Of a stretch of DNA of 64,000 nt, positions 28,986-45,453 are shown piece after piece. Source of the DNA: the human T2T-CHM13v2.0 reference genome, Homo sapiens. Below the pieces are notes generated by a model. That model did no database searches, had not been told where the DNA came from, and worked only from the letters and a program-made list of their open reading frames with translations. Location of the stretch: NCBI RefSeq assembly GCF_009914755.1, contig NC_060937.1; one strand, given 5' to 3'. Positions within the stretch are counted from its first letter, which is position 1, and the number at the start of each line of letters is the position of its first letter. Both the position numbers and the translations under genes were made by a program.

Positions 28986-31900
28986 ATGCCCAAGAAAAAA
29001 AAGACATGTGTGGTATCTTTTCCTTGCTGAGCATGCGCCCCCTTGGAGTGGAAGACCTCTCTGGCATGGTATTTTAGTTCAGCAAAGGGTGGTTATCAAG
29101 ACAGGTGTGAACAGTTTAGCAAGAAAGACACATTTGTCCCTTAAATGGCTCCCTGTGCAATCTGAAAGCAGACAAAAGCCTCACATTAGCATAGGTTGTG
29201 CAAAGCCACCTGTTCAAATAACTCAGGCCAATAGTGAAAAACAGCCTTGGAAAGAAGAAAAGAACTCAAAAGCAGTGCAAATACTTGAACACAAGTTGAA
29301 GGATTAAGCTTCATCACAGAAACAGGCAGGGAGGGGAGAGGCGTTTCCCGCTGGTAATAAAAACTTGTAGGGTTTATTTTTAGCAGCTGGTTTGATTCCT
29401 TCAGATAATGAAATAGCAGCTTTCATAATAGCCTTGTCAAAATAAAAATATGGGAGCAAAACCCAGTCCGCTCAAATCCAGCAAATATTTGTGTTTGGAA
29501 ATCCTGATTTTGAGCCATGGGTGAGCAGATATGATTTTGTCCACAAACAACAGCAAGGCCCTGGAGAGGCTGTGTCTGCAAGTATTGTTACTGCTTGCTG
29601 ACGGTCCAAGAAAACACAAACATGGTTTCATCAGCATTCACTTTTAATATTTTTGAAATGCTATTGTACATTTGATTTCTGGCGTAAGAGAAAAGCGGGG
29701 GAAGGAGGGGGGAGAAGGCGGAGAAAGGAGCCAAGAGAAACTTGACTTGGGGAGAGTGAGTGGGAGATCAAAGCTTGGCGGTGGCAAAGTGATGGGGAGG
29801 ACCAGGGCACAGCAGTGTGGGAACAGAGTGCATTGATGCAATGGGGATGTGAGCAAAGGAGTGGCAAGAGGCCTCTGCCCTGGGACCCACAGGGTAGAGG
29901 ACGCCCTTCTAGCTCTCCCCGAACCTTTTGGTCCCCATGGGGTGAAGTATCTGAGCGCCTGGAGAATATATCCAGCTAGAGACCATTCCTTCTAGGCACT
30001 TGCTGCCAAAAGTGAGGTCCACGAACAAGCAGCATCAGTATCACCCGGAGTTTGCTGGAAATGCCCTGACCCAGATTTACAGCATTTTGGTAAGATTTCC
30101 AGGTGGGTTATATGCACATTAAAGAAGCAATGATCTAGGCTCTGTAGTGTAGCAAGGATCCCAGAATGGCCTGCACAAAGGCCTCAGCCCACTTCAAGAA
30201 CCTGTGTGGGCCTGTTGCCTGAGTCCATCCTCAAAAGGGTGACAGCACCAGGCAACACGCCCAGTGTGAGTAGCTCTGGGCCTGAGAGGGCTCATTAGTG
30301 AGGCTAGGGAAGAGTGGCAGAATTGCTTGTGTCTTCCGGATGTCTTTACTTGCATACATGAGGCCCTTCCACGTGGGGGCTGTGGGCATGGACAGTTCTC
30401 CCCATGCCTCCATAGTTCAGCACAAAACTTAGAGTCCAAGAATTCTAAATTCAATTTGAGCCTGCCAGGCAATTAGGAAGGATTGTCAAGGTAGGAGGCT
30501 AACACATATTTTATTCAACACTTTGTTAGCTTGGTTTATAGTTTTACTTATAGTTTATTTAGACATGTGATGTGTGGGCCTCCATTCCTGCTCTTGCCTT
30601 GGGCCAGAAAATAGGAGTGGGCCCTACCTATAGTAGACCCTTTCTACATTAAAGCAGAGAAAACGCAGAGAGAAAAAAATCAGCACACTTAGCACATAAA
30701 TGCATAGTCTCTAATCAGTTGTCTAAAAGTTTAAACTACACCTTAATTTTTTGATGTTGAGATGTGACACTTGTTTGCCTGAAACAAGGATTAACACCAA
30801 GAACAAACAGAATTCAACTTGTTCAGCTAACACTCAGTATGAAAGCCATTCATTTTTTCAACCAACACTGATTATTCTTCCATTATGGTTCAGACACCAT
30901 GTTTAGCCAGGCTCTGAGGAATGAGACCTGACTGCCCTCAAAAACTCCCTCAGCCACTTAAGCAGGTTAAACTTCTCTTTACCAAGCAGGTCTACTTCTT
31001 CAACTTCCTTCTCCCAAAAATGTTGAACTCCAAGTCAAATATTTCAAGATCCCTCAACCAACTTTTACCCAGAGAGGACCTGAGGGATAATTTGGCTTAC
31101 TAAGCAAAATTGGCAGGTGGATAGTGTTCAAATTTGTGTATCTGGCTGCACAAAGTTGAATGGTTAAAAGACAAATTCAATGTTTTACCTATTGTTCACC
31201 TTTTTTCAGGATTTGGGAGATTTACTTATTATGATTTGATATTACTATGCAACCTGATTGTTGAAATATCTTTACTGATGAAGATTCTGTCATGTTTACC
31301 AAGGATGAGTTATTCCCTTCCAAAGAGATCAAAAACACCCACTCCCCCAAACCATGTATGGTATCATATTGCTTCTTCTGTTAGGGAGAAAGCAACTGAT
31401 AAACTGACTCTCAGTGAAGTGTTGGTGACTTCATGTTTTGCATCTTTATAAAAATGCCGTATCTTATTTTTAAGAGGACCTCAAGAAAAGAGCACAAGAT
31501 ATCTGCATGAATAAATTACAAATGATGGCCCCTCAAGCATCAATAGGGAACATATTTTGCATCAAGGATTTTCCTAGGGCTCCTTAAAGCACAGTACCTG
31601 AGCAGCTACCTAATCAAAAGCCTAGCCTTTAAGAAGAGGCTCCTGGCACTGATGAAATCAATAGTGATATTAATCATGTATTCATTGCCACAATACAGAA
31701 CTTGTTCTCAAAAATGCTATCTTCATTCCAAAAACCAGTAGTCAGGAATCCTATCTATTAAGCTGGAGTCATGTTCTAGGGGTAGGAGAGAGAACAAAAG
31801 TGAGGAAGCAAGGAAGAGAACAAAAATCTACCTATAGACAACTCACCTGTCCTCCTCCATGGGCTGGTAGCTCGGAGGCTGGGCTGGATTGTTGATACAG

Positions 31901-32867
31901 TCTACCTACCAGTCCTCACCCTGCAGGTGCTTGAGAAAGACTTGGAAGTCACAATTCCACCAAAATGAGTTCTTGTTTTGTTCCTAATTGTCATCTGCAT
32001 TTCTGCCCCCACACATGTAAATCAGAAGCTCAAACATCATTACAATCTGGAGAAACACCGAATGTCTCAGGAAAATTTGCCTAACCATTTCTCATTGCCT
32101 GATAACTGATTTCAGGTGCCTCCCAAAAAAACATGTGGCAGCAAATCTAGACCCACGGTGCAATTTAGGAGCCATAATTGTAGTAAAAACTAAATCTGAT
32201 CCAGAGTAGACCTTTATTGCGGCACTTTAGAAGTTGCATTGACACAAAGTAGGTTGTGTTCAACGCTGCTAACTCTTTGGCAGTGATATTTATGTATTTA
32301 TTTTAAAATATTTCAAAGGTTTAGAAATTAAGAGTTATTTGTCCTAAAAGTGCCATTCAAAAATGGTTTTTGTATGTAGAGTGCCTAACTAAATCCAGTT
32401 CGCACATGGCCTGTCTTTTTAACGGGAATACATTGAGATTTGCCAGATACTGCTAGAGAACAGGAACAATGAAAAGATCATTCAAACCATGATACCAAAC
32501 TTTTCTGAACAACCATTCAACTCATGTGCTAAGGGAGTGTCTGCAGTAAAGATATTGAAGCTAGGAGCTTCTTTGTGGACAGATAAGCCATTATTCATAA
32601 ATACAATATAAATTTACATGTTCATTCTAACTGAAAGAGGCACTGTAACTTCTCCATAATTTCAGGACTTTATAATTAACCCATGCTCATTAATTTGGAA
32701 AATTTTAAAAACTTACAAAAATAAAAGCCAGTGATAATCACACTACTCAGAAATAACTATTGTTAACATTTTGATTATTAATTTCAGAATTTTAAAGATA
32801 CAAATGTGCTTATAAAATACAATTTTTGGTAGTTTTTCTTATAAAAAATGGGTATTTACTTACCTCA

Positions 32868-33307
32868 TGTATTAGTTCATTTTCACACTGCTATAAAGAA
32901 ATACCCAAGACTGGGTAATTTATAAAGGAAAGAGCTTTAATTGACTCACAGTTTCTCATGGCTGGGGAGGCCTCAGAAAACCGACAATCATGGCGGCAGG
33001 CGAGAGACAGCGAGCAAGAGCAGGGAAAACTGCCTTACAAAACCATCAGCTCTCGTGAGAACTCACTCACCATTATGAGACCAGCGTGGAGGAAACCGCC
33101 CCCATGATCCAATCATCACCTCCCACCTGGTTCCTCCGTCGACACGTGGGGATTATGGGGATTACAATTCGAGATGAGATGTGGGTGGGAAGCCGCTCCA
33201 ATGATCCAATCATCACTTCCACCTGGTTCCTCCCTCAACACATGGGGATTGTTGGGATTAGAATTGGAGATGAGATTTGGGTGGGAGCACAGAGCTAAAC
33301 CATATCA
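32868..33307 (-). mobile_element. MSTA/THE1-type MaLR solo LTR with ~97-bp internal tandem duplication
   Basis: tgtattagttcattttcacactgctataaag...aaaccatatca; duplicated units at ~33096 and ~33193. Confidence 0.88.
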
Positions 33308-33965
33308 CCCCACATCATTACATTATCTTTGGAAAAATTGTTTTATTGGTTATGTAATACTTTATTGCATGAACATAGCAAATTTTGACTGTGGAATTTA
33401 GCTTGTTCCCATTTTTGATATTATAAATTATATTGCAAAATATCTATTAATGTATAGTTTTGTTGGAATTTATATCCATAGGGTAGATCCCTAGAAGATA
33501 ACTTTTTGAGTCAAAATATAGGAACATTTTAAGAACCTTGACATATGTACCAAACTTCAGAAAGTTTGTATCATTCACACTTTTGCCAGCATGTTTGATG
33601 GTGATTGTTTTGCTGTATTCTTGCTAATAGTGAATAGTGCCCGTTGGCAAGAACCCTTGCAAATTGGAGAATACAGTGTTCCCTCATTTTCACTGTATTC
33701 GCTATAAAACAACAAAGAAAAACAGGATATATTTAGCAAATGAAATTCGCAGATTTCAGTAGAACTTTAAAATGACCAGAAATGTTAACTTCTGTTTTGT
33801 GAAATCAGACATCCCCCATTTCTCAACATTTCTCAACATTATTTCAAATTGCCAAGGTGATTTTTTTTTTTTTGAAACTGTTTCCCATTTGGAGGTGAGG
33901 AAATGTAGTCAATATCCTTCACCTGGTTGCTTGTATGCTTGATTACTACATTTACAAGTAACAAC

Positions 33966-34281
<316 letters not shown>

Positions 34282-35019
34282 TTACTTTCTTAAAAAGTTC
34301 ACTACTGGCAGAGTCAGATGAGTTAAACCAGGTCTTTAAGAAAACTGATGAAAAGGAGTTAGCTATTTTCATATTAGGAAAGTGCACACCAGAATAAAAT
34401 TGACGGGCACAACGCCAGGTGGGAACATCTGCTTATCATGGAAAAAAGAGAGCCTCCTGTAAAAAATCAATTTCTACCAAAATACAGAATTCGGGATCAT
34501 CCATATGGTTTCTGTTGAGCGGCAAGAGGCAGCGCTTTGCGCTTCAACTGTTGGTGAAGACACAAGGCATCTACTCCTAACTGCTCTATTATCGCTAGAA
34601 CAGCATCATCCAGATCCCTTCTGTTAATAAAATTATTTTTGTCCATCTAGGCAAGATATGGCATCATGTGATTTTCCAAAGCATAGTAATGCCAAATGCA
34701 GAATCACTGATGAGCCAGATTTCCAGGATGGTATTATTCACTCCATTGTTGTTGAAGGGAGTGGCCACATGGATCTACCTGCATTCTGGGTCCAGGTTCT
34801 GCGCAGCGCTTGACTCCACATGCATTCTCCACAGAAGTATGCATATTTCTGTGCTTTGCCTAAAGCTAGATTCGAGCCCTTCAGCTTGGAGGGAGCTGTG
34901 CAAACCATACTCACAAAGTTAAAACTTGTCTGATGATTTTTATAACACCACCTATAGTCAACTCTTGCTTATCTAGATGTGAATTCTTTACTCTGTGGGC
35001 TGAGCTGTGGCAGACTAAT

Positions 35020-36200
35020 GTTTGTCTTTAACTTTTTATTTTGAGAAAACTTTTAAATCTATACAAAACTTGCAGTAATAATACAATAAACTCCTGTGGA
35101 GTTTGCATTTAGGTTCACTCAGCATTTTTTCCTACATTTGCCTTCTCTCAGATAAATAGATGGTAGTTTTCTGATCCAGGATCATATATAAGTTATATAT
35201 GTATATATGCGTTTATAATGTGCATATTGTTATATATAATGTGTGTACGTATATATGATGTGTGTGCATGTATACATATATATATAAAATCATTTTTGCT
35301 GAACCATTTGAAACCAAGTTGCAGACATCATAGCCCTTCTACCCTAAATACATCAATGTGTATTTCCTGAGAATAAGGACCTTCACTTACATAGTAGAAT
35401 GAGTAAATTCAGGAAATTCAACATTGATACAACTTATGATCAACTACACAGTTATTCAAATTTCACTAATTGTCTCGGTTCTGTCCTTATTGCATGCTTT
35501 TGGATCCAGGATCACACAATGCATTTAATTATCATGTCTTTTAAGTTTCCATTTAATCTGAAACACTTTCTAAACCTTTAATGGTCATTGTCATTTTCAA
35601 AGCATACAGGCAAGTTGTTTTATAGAGTGCCCTTAATTTGGGCTTTTCTGTTGATTTGATCCAGGTTTGGCTTTTTTGGGGGGTGAGGCCAGAAAGAAAA
35701 ACACAGAAATGGTGTCATTGTCATTGCCTTATACATCAAGAGACAAGGGTGTCTACTGGTCCTATTATTGATGTTAACTCTGGTCACCTGGTTAGGGTGA
35801 TGTCTGCCAGATTCTTCTACTATAAAGATACAATTCCTCTCTTTTTTAATTAATACAAGAAGATACTTTCTGTCCATGCAAATACATTGTTCCCACCCAA
35901 ACACTCACCCTATATTCATTTAGGAGCCAATGTTGAATTTTGTCTGAATTATTTATGACAATGATGGCTTCCGCATGCTGCTCTTTGTGTCAATCCTTCT
36001 ATATTTATTAGTTGAAATTCTAAAAGACCTTTCCCTTCCATATGTCCGTCTATCCATCCATCTACTTAGCTACATATCTACCTATCTACCTAAATATCTA
36101 TCATCTTATCTTATCTTCCTATCTATCTTCATCTGTCTTATTAGAATCAGTATGAACTCATGGGTTATTTTTAATTAATTATGTTATAAGATGTAATTTA
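35020..36200 (-). mobile_element. L1MC-type 3' fragment (similar elements at ~1590-2370 and ~23235-23620)
   Basis: tttttgctgaaccatttga...gttgcagacatcat...ggatccaggatcacaca...gtgatgtctgccagatt. Confidence 0.65.
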
Positions 36201-36215
36201 AAAATCTTCAGTCTG

Positions 36216-36937
36216 GGCCAGGAGCCGTGGTTCATGCTTCTAATCTTAGCACTTTGGGAGGCTGAGAGGGGAGGATTGCTTGATCCCAGGAGTTTGAGAC
36301 CAGCCAGCCTAGGCAACATAGTGAGACCCTGTCTCCACAAAAAATTTAAAAATAAAATTAGCCAGGCATGGTAGCATGTGCCTGTAGTCCCAGCTACTCA
36401 GGAGGCAGAGGTGGGAGGATCACCTGAGCCCAGGAGGTTGAGGCTACAGTAAGCCATGATTGTGCCACTGCATTCCAGACGGGGAGAGAGAGTGAGACCT
36501 TATCTTGAAAAAAAAAAAAAACAAAACCAAAAACCAAAAAGAAAAAAAAAACCACCTCAATCCTTTGTTGATTCTTCTTTTTACTGAAAATAATGTGATA
36601 TAAACTCTGTTTCATAGAGACTCATTTTATTTTACTAATTTAATTTTTCAGACAGTCTTGCTTTGTTGCCCAGACTGGAGCGCAGTAGCACAGTCTTGGC
36701 TCACTGCAACTTCTGCCTCCCGGGTTCAAGCGATTCTCTCACCTCAGCCTCTGGAGTAGGAGTAGTAGCTGGGATTACAGGTGTGTGCTACCACACCTGG
36801 CTAAGTTTTGTATTTTTAGTAGAGACGGGGTTTCACCATATTGCCCAGGCTGGTCTCAAACTCCTGACCTCAGGTGATCCGCCCACCTCGGCCTCCCAAA
36901 GTGTTGGGATTACAAGCATGAACCCCTGCACCCAGCC
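36216..36937. mobile_element. AluJ (+36216-36552) and AluS (-36640-36937), inverted pair
   Basis: Two full Alus tail-to-tail, ~90 bp apart. Confidence 0.9.
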
Positions 36938-37441
36938 TTGACTCATTTTAATTTTTCTCTAAGTAGTCTGCAAAATTTTATTTTCAAAAGGTTTCTCGTA
37001 ATGCCCTCCAAAATCAAATATGAGTAACTTTTGGATCAAACGCCGTTTTGCAATACCCAAGGCTTTCCATCTATTGCTACGGATAATGGTGCATTGGTTG
37101 TTTTATGAGCATGCTTGCTGAGCAAAATACTGAATTTAGCCAGAACTTTCCAGTGTAAGCTTTCTGTAAAGTATCTGTATTTTATCTAAGTTTTTATCTT
37201 GGTCCTTCTTGAAAAACCATATAATCCCTATGTGGACCCCCCCCTGTGATAAGTGAGATAAACCTGGAGTGTAAGTGAAGGTCTTTTAGGGCCAGGGTAT
37301 GTTATCCTTTTATTATTTTTTAGTTCTAAGTTCAAATAAATATGTTTCTCTCAGCCTTCAATCTACACTGCTGCTTTATTTTTGAAAAGATGAGGTTATT
37401 TTCTTTAGAACATTACATTTAAAAAGCAAAACCTCAGTTAA

Positions 37442-37882
<441 letters not shown>

Positions 37883-39859
37883 TAGACTTGGTGTAAACAT
37901 ATGCATAGCATCGTTTTTAAAATACTTTTAGACTTTACACATCCCTAATTAACAATGAGCAGGATTTTGGCTTTTAATGCTATTTTAGAATATTGCTAAT
38001 GTATAGTAGAGCATTTGGAAAGTCTGTGTAGCCTAATTTTAAACATGTAAGTCATGGTATAATTTTTCCCTGATTAATAAAGAGGCTTGTGTTTACTGAG
38101 AGCTAATTGCACACCAGGCATTGTTCTAAAATGGTGCTTCTCAATTATCTGGGGTTAAGAATAGGTTTTATTTAATTATTTTAAATTTTCAATCCATTGC
38201 AAACTAATAAGTAGTTCTACTGTGCATGGCTAACGTGCTACTCACACCACACATGCCTCATTATCCAGGTTCAACAAACTCTTGGCTGCTCCACAAGGAG
38301 TCCCCCAATCATGAGTTTGGATGTCATGGCAAAGTCAAAAGCCTATAAAGGTTTCTAATGGCTTTCCTGAAATTCCTGTACTTATTGTGGCCTGAGGTTA
38401 CGAACAGTTCATGGCCTGGCACTAGCCCACAGACCATGCTTTGAGCGTCACTGTTGTAGAGTACGTCCTTCATATTTCATCCTCCCAACAGCCCTCTGAG
38501 AAAAGTACCACCCCAACCTCAATTTTACAGAAAAAGAAATGGAAGCATAGTGTGCTTCCCAACACAAGGGCCAACAATTAACAGGTAGTAGAACTTGGAC
38601 TCAAACCCAGGCAGCCACTCCCACTGCACAGAGGAGCCAGCATTCGGACCCAGGAAGGTGGACTCCAGAGCTTGGGCTCCTTCTCGTGTGTGCTTGTTTC
38701 ATTTTAACTCTATGTAAAGTAAGAACAGTTCGGTTTAGGCCATGGTGAGGACCTCCTGAAATACACCTTCTACAGTTTACAAACCTACCTTCATCCACAT
38801 TTATCTTACTCTCCTCTCATGATGGAAGAAGGGACCTTCTTACTATACAAACTCAATGCATTTCCCTCTAGGTCCTAACCTTTCTGTTCTGTTGGATGCT
38901 CTTGGTCCACCAATCATCCCAACCAAAGCAACTGTGCAAGTTCAGGAACTATGTCCATTTTACAGATGAAGCAGTTGAGGTTCATAGAGACAGAAACTTA
39001 TCCAAGCATGTAACCAAGGATACATGGCTATAGGGTGGCCATATCCCCATTTGTCAAGGACAGTCCCAATTTATTGCCCTGGCACCATGGCTGGTTAGTG
39101 CTTTCTTTTCACTCTCAAAAGTCTCCGACATCGGACAGCATATACTTTGATCACCCAACATTGCTAGGGAGTAGCTAAGACAGAATTGGCTGCCAGATAT
39201 ATGGGATTGACCCCCAAACTAGGGATCTTTCTACTACCCCAGGATACTCCCTTAAATCTCAGAATTACAGTTTAAAGGAAGGCTTCTTCCCAGTCATTAT
39301 CCATTCACTCAGCAAACATTTATGAGCACCCACGATGTGACAGACATTGTGCTAGAAGATGCAGATTTTAAAATCAACAGGGCATGGTCCAAGTCCTCAG
39401 AAGCTCATGGTTTAGAGAGGAAACAGAACCACAAATACTCAGGGCAACATATATAATTTATAGATCCCAGTGCAAAATACAAAAGCAGGGCCCTTTGTTT
39501 AAAACTTCAGAATATCTAGATGGCGAAAACAGGGCATTAAACTAAGTGCTGGGTCCTTCTAAGCAGGAGTCCTGCACACTGCAGACCCCAGCTATGATTC
39601 ATTGTAATGAGGGGTGCTCAGGGTATTATCGACATACATAGGAGTTAGCCAATCCGAAGACTGCTCGTAAGATCACTTCCTGGAATAAATGAACACGGCT
39701 GATTTTAGAGAATAAAGACAACGAGGATATTTCCCCTGCATGGACCTTCTCTTCTCTTTTTCAGGTCATAGGTTGTTGAAGACAATCACTTCATCAGCCA
39801 TCTCCTGTCAACTGGCAATTCATTTTGACTTAAATGCCAATCACCAGGAGTCTTCTGCC

Positions 39860-40281
39860 ACTGAACACCTCAATAATCTCCCTCCAGAGCTGGAACATAC
39901 ACTGTGGTGGACATGGAGATGTGCCACCCATCACCCCCTTCAAGGACTTGTCCCAGCTTCTGGAGGTGTAGTTGCTGGGCAACCTTCTGCTGTCACCCCT
40001 TTTGGGGACAGCCCTCATGCAATGACTAATCAAGGTGGAGGGAGAAAGCCCTGGCCATTGGCACACAGGACGACCCTCATGGACCATTTTAGCTCCAGGG
40101 TTCCTGGTGGGATCAGCTGGTCTCTCTGGCTAGCACTCCAGCTCAATTTCTCCATCCACCCAATCCTGCTTCTTCCCTCTTCATTCCACAAGGATTAATT
40201 CCAAGGGTAACTCTGTAATAAACATCCGGAACACCAAACTCCATCTCAGAGTCTGCATCCCAGATAATCAAACTGCAGCAC
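39860..40281 (+). mobile_element. LTR16-like (ERVL) solo LTR
   Basis: caatgactaatc...ccaatcctgcttcttccc...aataaacatcc...ctccatctcagagtctgc. Confidence 0.6.
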
Positions 40282-41309
40282 AGACCAAAGAAGCTTCTAG
40301 GGCTTGGGGAGGATTTTTACTTGAAAACTGTTAGTTATATTCGTAAGACTTATTTCTTCCCAACCCCCATCTAGCTTCTGCAGAATCATAACACTTATTT
40401 CTAAATCCTGAAATCCGATATAAAATAGTGGAAACAAGGACTCTATGTGAATGAATTACCCTCTGGGTTGAAAACTTCCATTTGATAAGGATCAACATAT
40501 CCATTAAAACACATATAACATATTTTGTGGAAATTAAACCATGAGTTTATTACAATTTTTGAGGAAAACTATTTGTTTTTCAATCTATATTTGGGGAATA
40601 ATGTAGTCCATAACTATACTATTTATCAAGTAGGGTGGAAGTATTTCATTGACACACATTTACTCAATTTTCAAAGAATGAGGATTTGAGAATTAGACCA
40701 TTTGGTGAATAAGTTGGGTTGAGCATAGACATGGCTTTTAGGATGAGCATTACTTGTTGAACATTCTTAGTTTTCTTTATTTCAGGTGATAGATTTCTCT
40801 CTTTGCTTTTAGTAAAATAAGTCCATTAGTAATGCATATCACATTTGTGGAATTATAAAGACATTATTTTGAGCTGTGATGGCCAGAATGTCATACAGTC
40901 TTCTAGGTAAAGGCAGATCTTGAAAACGCTCTAAAACAGAATTGGTTGTGGGAAGTGACTTACACATTCATTCAGGTGCAAAATCTAACATACTTCAGGG
41001 CATACATTAATCTTTTGAGAACAGGATTTGAAACAAATACCGAGATTTGAGAAGACAGGCTTCTAAAATCTCCACAGTCAAACCCTCTGAAAGAAAAACA
41101 CGAATTTTCATTGCAGTACATAAGGACAAGTTAATCAGCTGATAAATTAATATTAACTCAACTCACTAAATTGAACAATACTACATAATAAATCTAATTC
41201 ACTGACTCATTGAATTGATTAAAGTTGTTTCTTCACAAGACATCAACCACTTATAGTGTTATTAATAAAAGCACTTAGCATTATTTCTTCTATTGATACA
41301 TAGTATATA

Positions 41310-43170
<1,861 letters not shown>

Positions 43171-43722
43171 CCCTGAAATTATTTTATTTATGTACCTCAT
43201 CTCCTCTAATGGAGATTAAAAAATAGAAAATGAGCAGGTGGAAACTTTGAGGTGATGGACATGTTTATGACATAGAATGTGGTGATGGTTTCATAGGTGA
43301 TATTTGTCTCCAAACACAAAGCATACACATTAAATATGTATAACTTTCTATATGCCAGTCATACCTCAGTAGAGTGGTTAAACAAATAGAATCCAGAAAA
43401 ACCTTAGAGTTCCTTATTTTTGTACTTATCCTAAAATTGAAGAGGAAGTGAGATTTATTTTATTTATTGGTTAGAGAAAATATAGACCTTGGCTTCTCAG
43501 GTACCAAAACCATCAGACGCATCAGCTGTGATGGACCACAAAAGACAACCGTCAAAGAGCTTCTTATTTTAAGAACTCAGCAGAAGTAATTTCCTACGTG
43601 TAAATTATTCCCTTTTTGAAGACTGAAGCACTGAATCTGAGATTCTAAAGGAAAAACAAGACCAACTTTTTAAAAAGTTAACTCAGTGTGAAGTATGACA
43701 CATAAAAGTGTTCAATTAATAA

Positions 43723-44050
<328 letters not shown>

Positions 44051-44786
44051 ACAAAAAGTATTTTAAGTATCGTAGAAGATTCATGTGTATTTCCCCTAAT
44101 TACCAACACCTTCCATCTCCCCAAAGTTATGAACTGTTCTGGTGTTGCACTCCTTTGTTCAGCTGTAACATTTTTGAATTTTATATAAATGGGATCATAA
44201 ATAATCTTTTGGGCCAGGTTTCTTTGGAATAAATATCATGTCTGTGAAACTCATGAGTTCTTCATGTAGTCAATTGCTTTCATTGCTGTAGAAGTATTTT
44301 AATACCTCATAATTTGTTTTCCTTCTGCTGTTGATGAGTATTTGGATTATCTCGTTTGGGCTGTTAGGAATTATGTTTCTAGGAACATCCTTGACAACAT
44401 CTCTTGGTGCACATGTGTACACATTTGGAGTGCTACAGACAGATCGCAGAGTGTGCAGTTTGAGTCAATGCTGTCAAATTGTTTTCCGAAGATGGTTTTT
44501 CAATGTACTTACATGGCAGTACCTGAGAATTCCTGTTGCTTCGTTGGCACTGGGTTGGTATTCTCAGTCTGTTACATTTTACACATTCTAGTGGGTGTCT
44601 AGTGGTATCTCATGGTGCTTTTAATTTGCATTTCCCTGGTAACTAATAAAGAGTGAGCACTTTTCCAGTTATTGGCCATTTGGATATTCTCTTTTGTGAA
44701 ATACCCATTCAAATCTCTTGTCCATTTCTCTAATTGGGCTTTCTGTGTTTTTCTTAATGAGTTTTAAGAGTTCTTTAAGTTTATGG

Positions 44787-45053
44787 TACTGGTTCTCAGA
44801 CTTTAGCCTGCATCAGAATCACACTTAGGGCGCTCGCTTCAGTAGCACATATACTAAAATTGTAATGATACAGAGATTAGCATGGCCCCTTAAAAAAAGT
44901 CACCCTATGGCTTGTTAAAACACACATTCCTGGCCCCCACCACCAGAGTTTCTGATTCAGTAGATCTGCGGTGAGGCACAAAAAGGTGCATTTCTAACGA
45001 GTTCCCAGGTGATGCGGTATGCTGCTGGTCCAGGGACCACATTTTGAGAATCA
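44787..45053 (+). mobile_element. MER5A (hAT-Charlie), split by the U6 copy
   Basis: ggttctcaga...catcagaatcac / cttgttaaaacac...tttctaacgagttcccaggtgatgc...gggaccacattttgagaatca. Confidence 0.8.
44830..44890 (+). pseudogene. 3'-truncated U6 snRNA retropseudogene inserted in a MER5A
   Basis: GCGCTCGCTTCAGTAGCACATATACTAAAATTGTAATGATACAGAG---ATTAGCATGGCCCCT matches the 5' ~64 nt of U6. It is followed by a short A run, with a degenerate TSD (agaatcacacttagg / aaagtcaccctatgg). Confidence 0.9.
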
Positions 45054-45447
45054 TTATTTAATAGTGATTTCAGCGTAACAGCGGTAGATGTTTCTTGTTA
45101 GTTTTGGACAAAGTCACCTTAAAAACCAAAACCAAAAGCAAAAACCTCAACCATTTAATACTGCTCAAGCCTGAGGCATAAGCTAATACTCTTTCTTCCT
45201 AGAATGGTGCAAATGGACTTGCTTAAATAGCAACTGCTTCAAACTGTCTGAAACCCACTGAAATCTACCCGTTAGAATACTTGGTACACCTAATTTGCCA
45301 AGAGAACCGGTTGATGATAGAAGGTATCCTTTGATACTGTATTTTTCGATCTCAGGAAAACTCACTGGCATTCATCAGCAAGAACATGAGTCAGGAATCC
45401 CTTGAAGCACAGAAATACAGATCTCTGAATGGAGATGAAAACTATCA

Positions 45448-45453
45448 TTTATT
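45448..45453 (-). terminator. Polyadenylation signal AATAAA of ABCC4
   Basis: Plus-strand TTTATT ~1.7 kb downstream of the stop, followed on the minus strand by a U/GU-containing region. Confidence 0.8.

Noticed and set aside
28061-29077. Overlapping 70-170-aa ORFs
   Set aside because: Expected in GC-rich DNA in all frames; no recognisable domain, and some run through the poly(A) tract.
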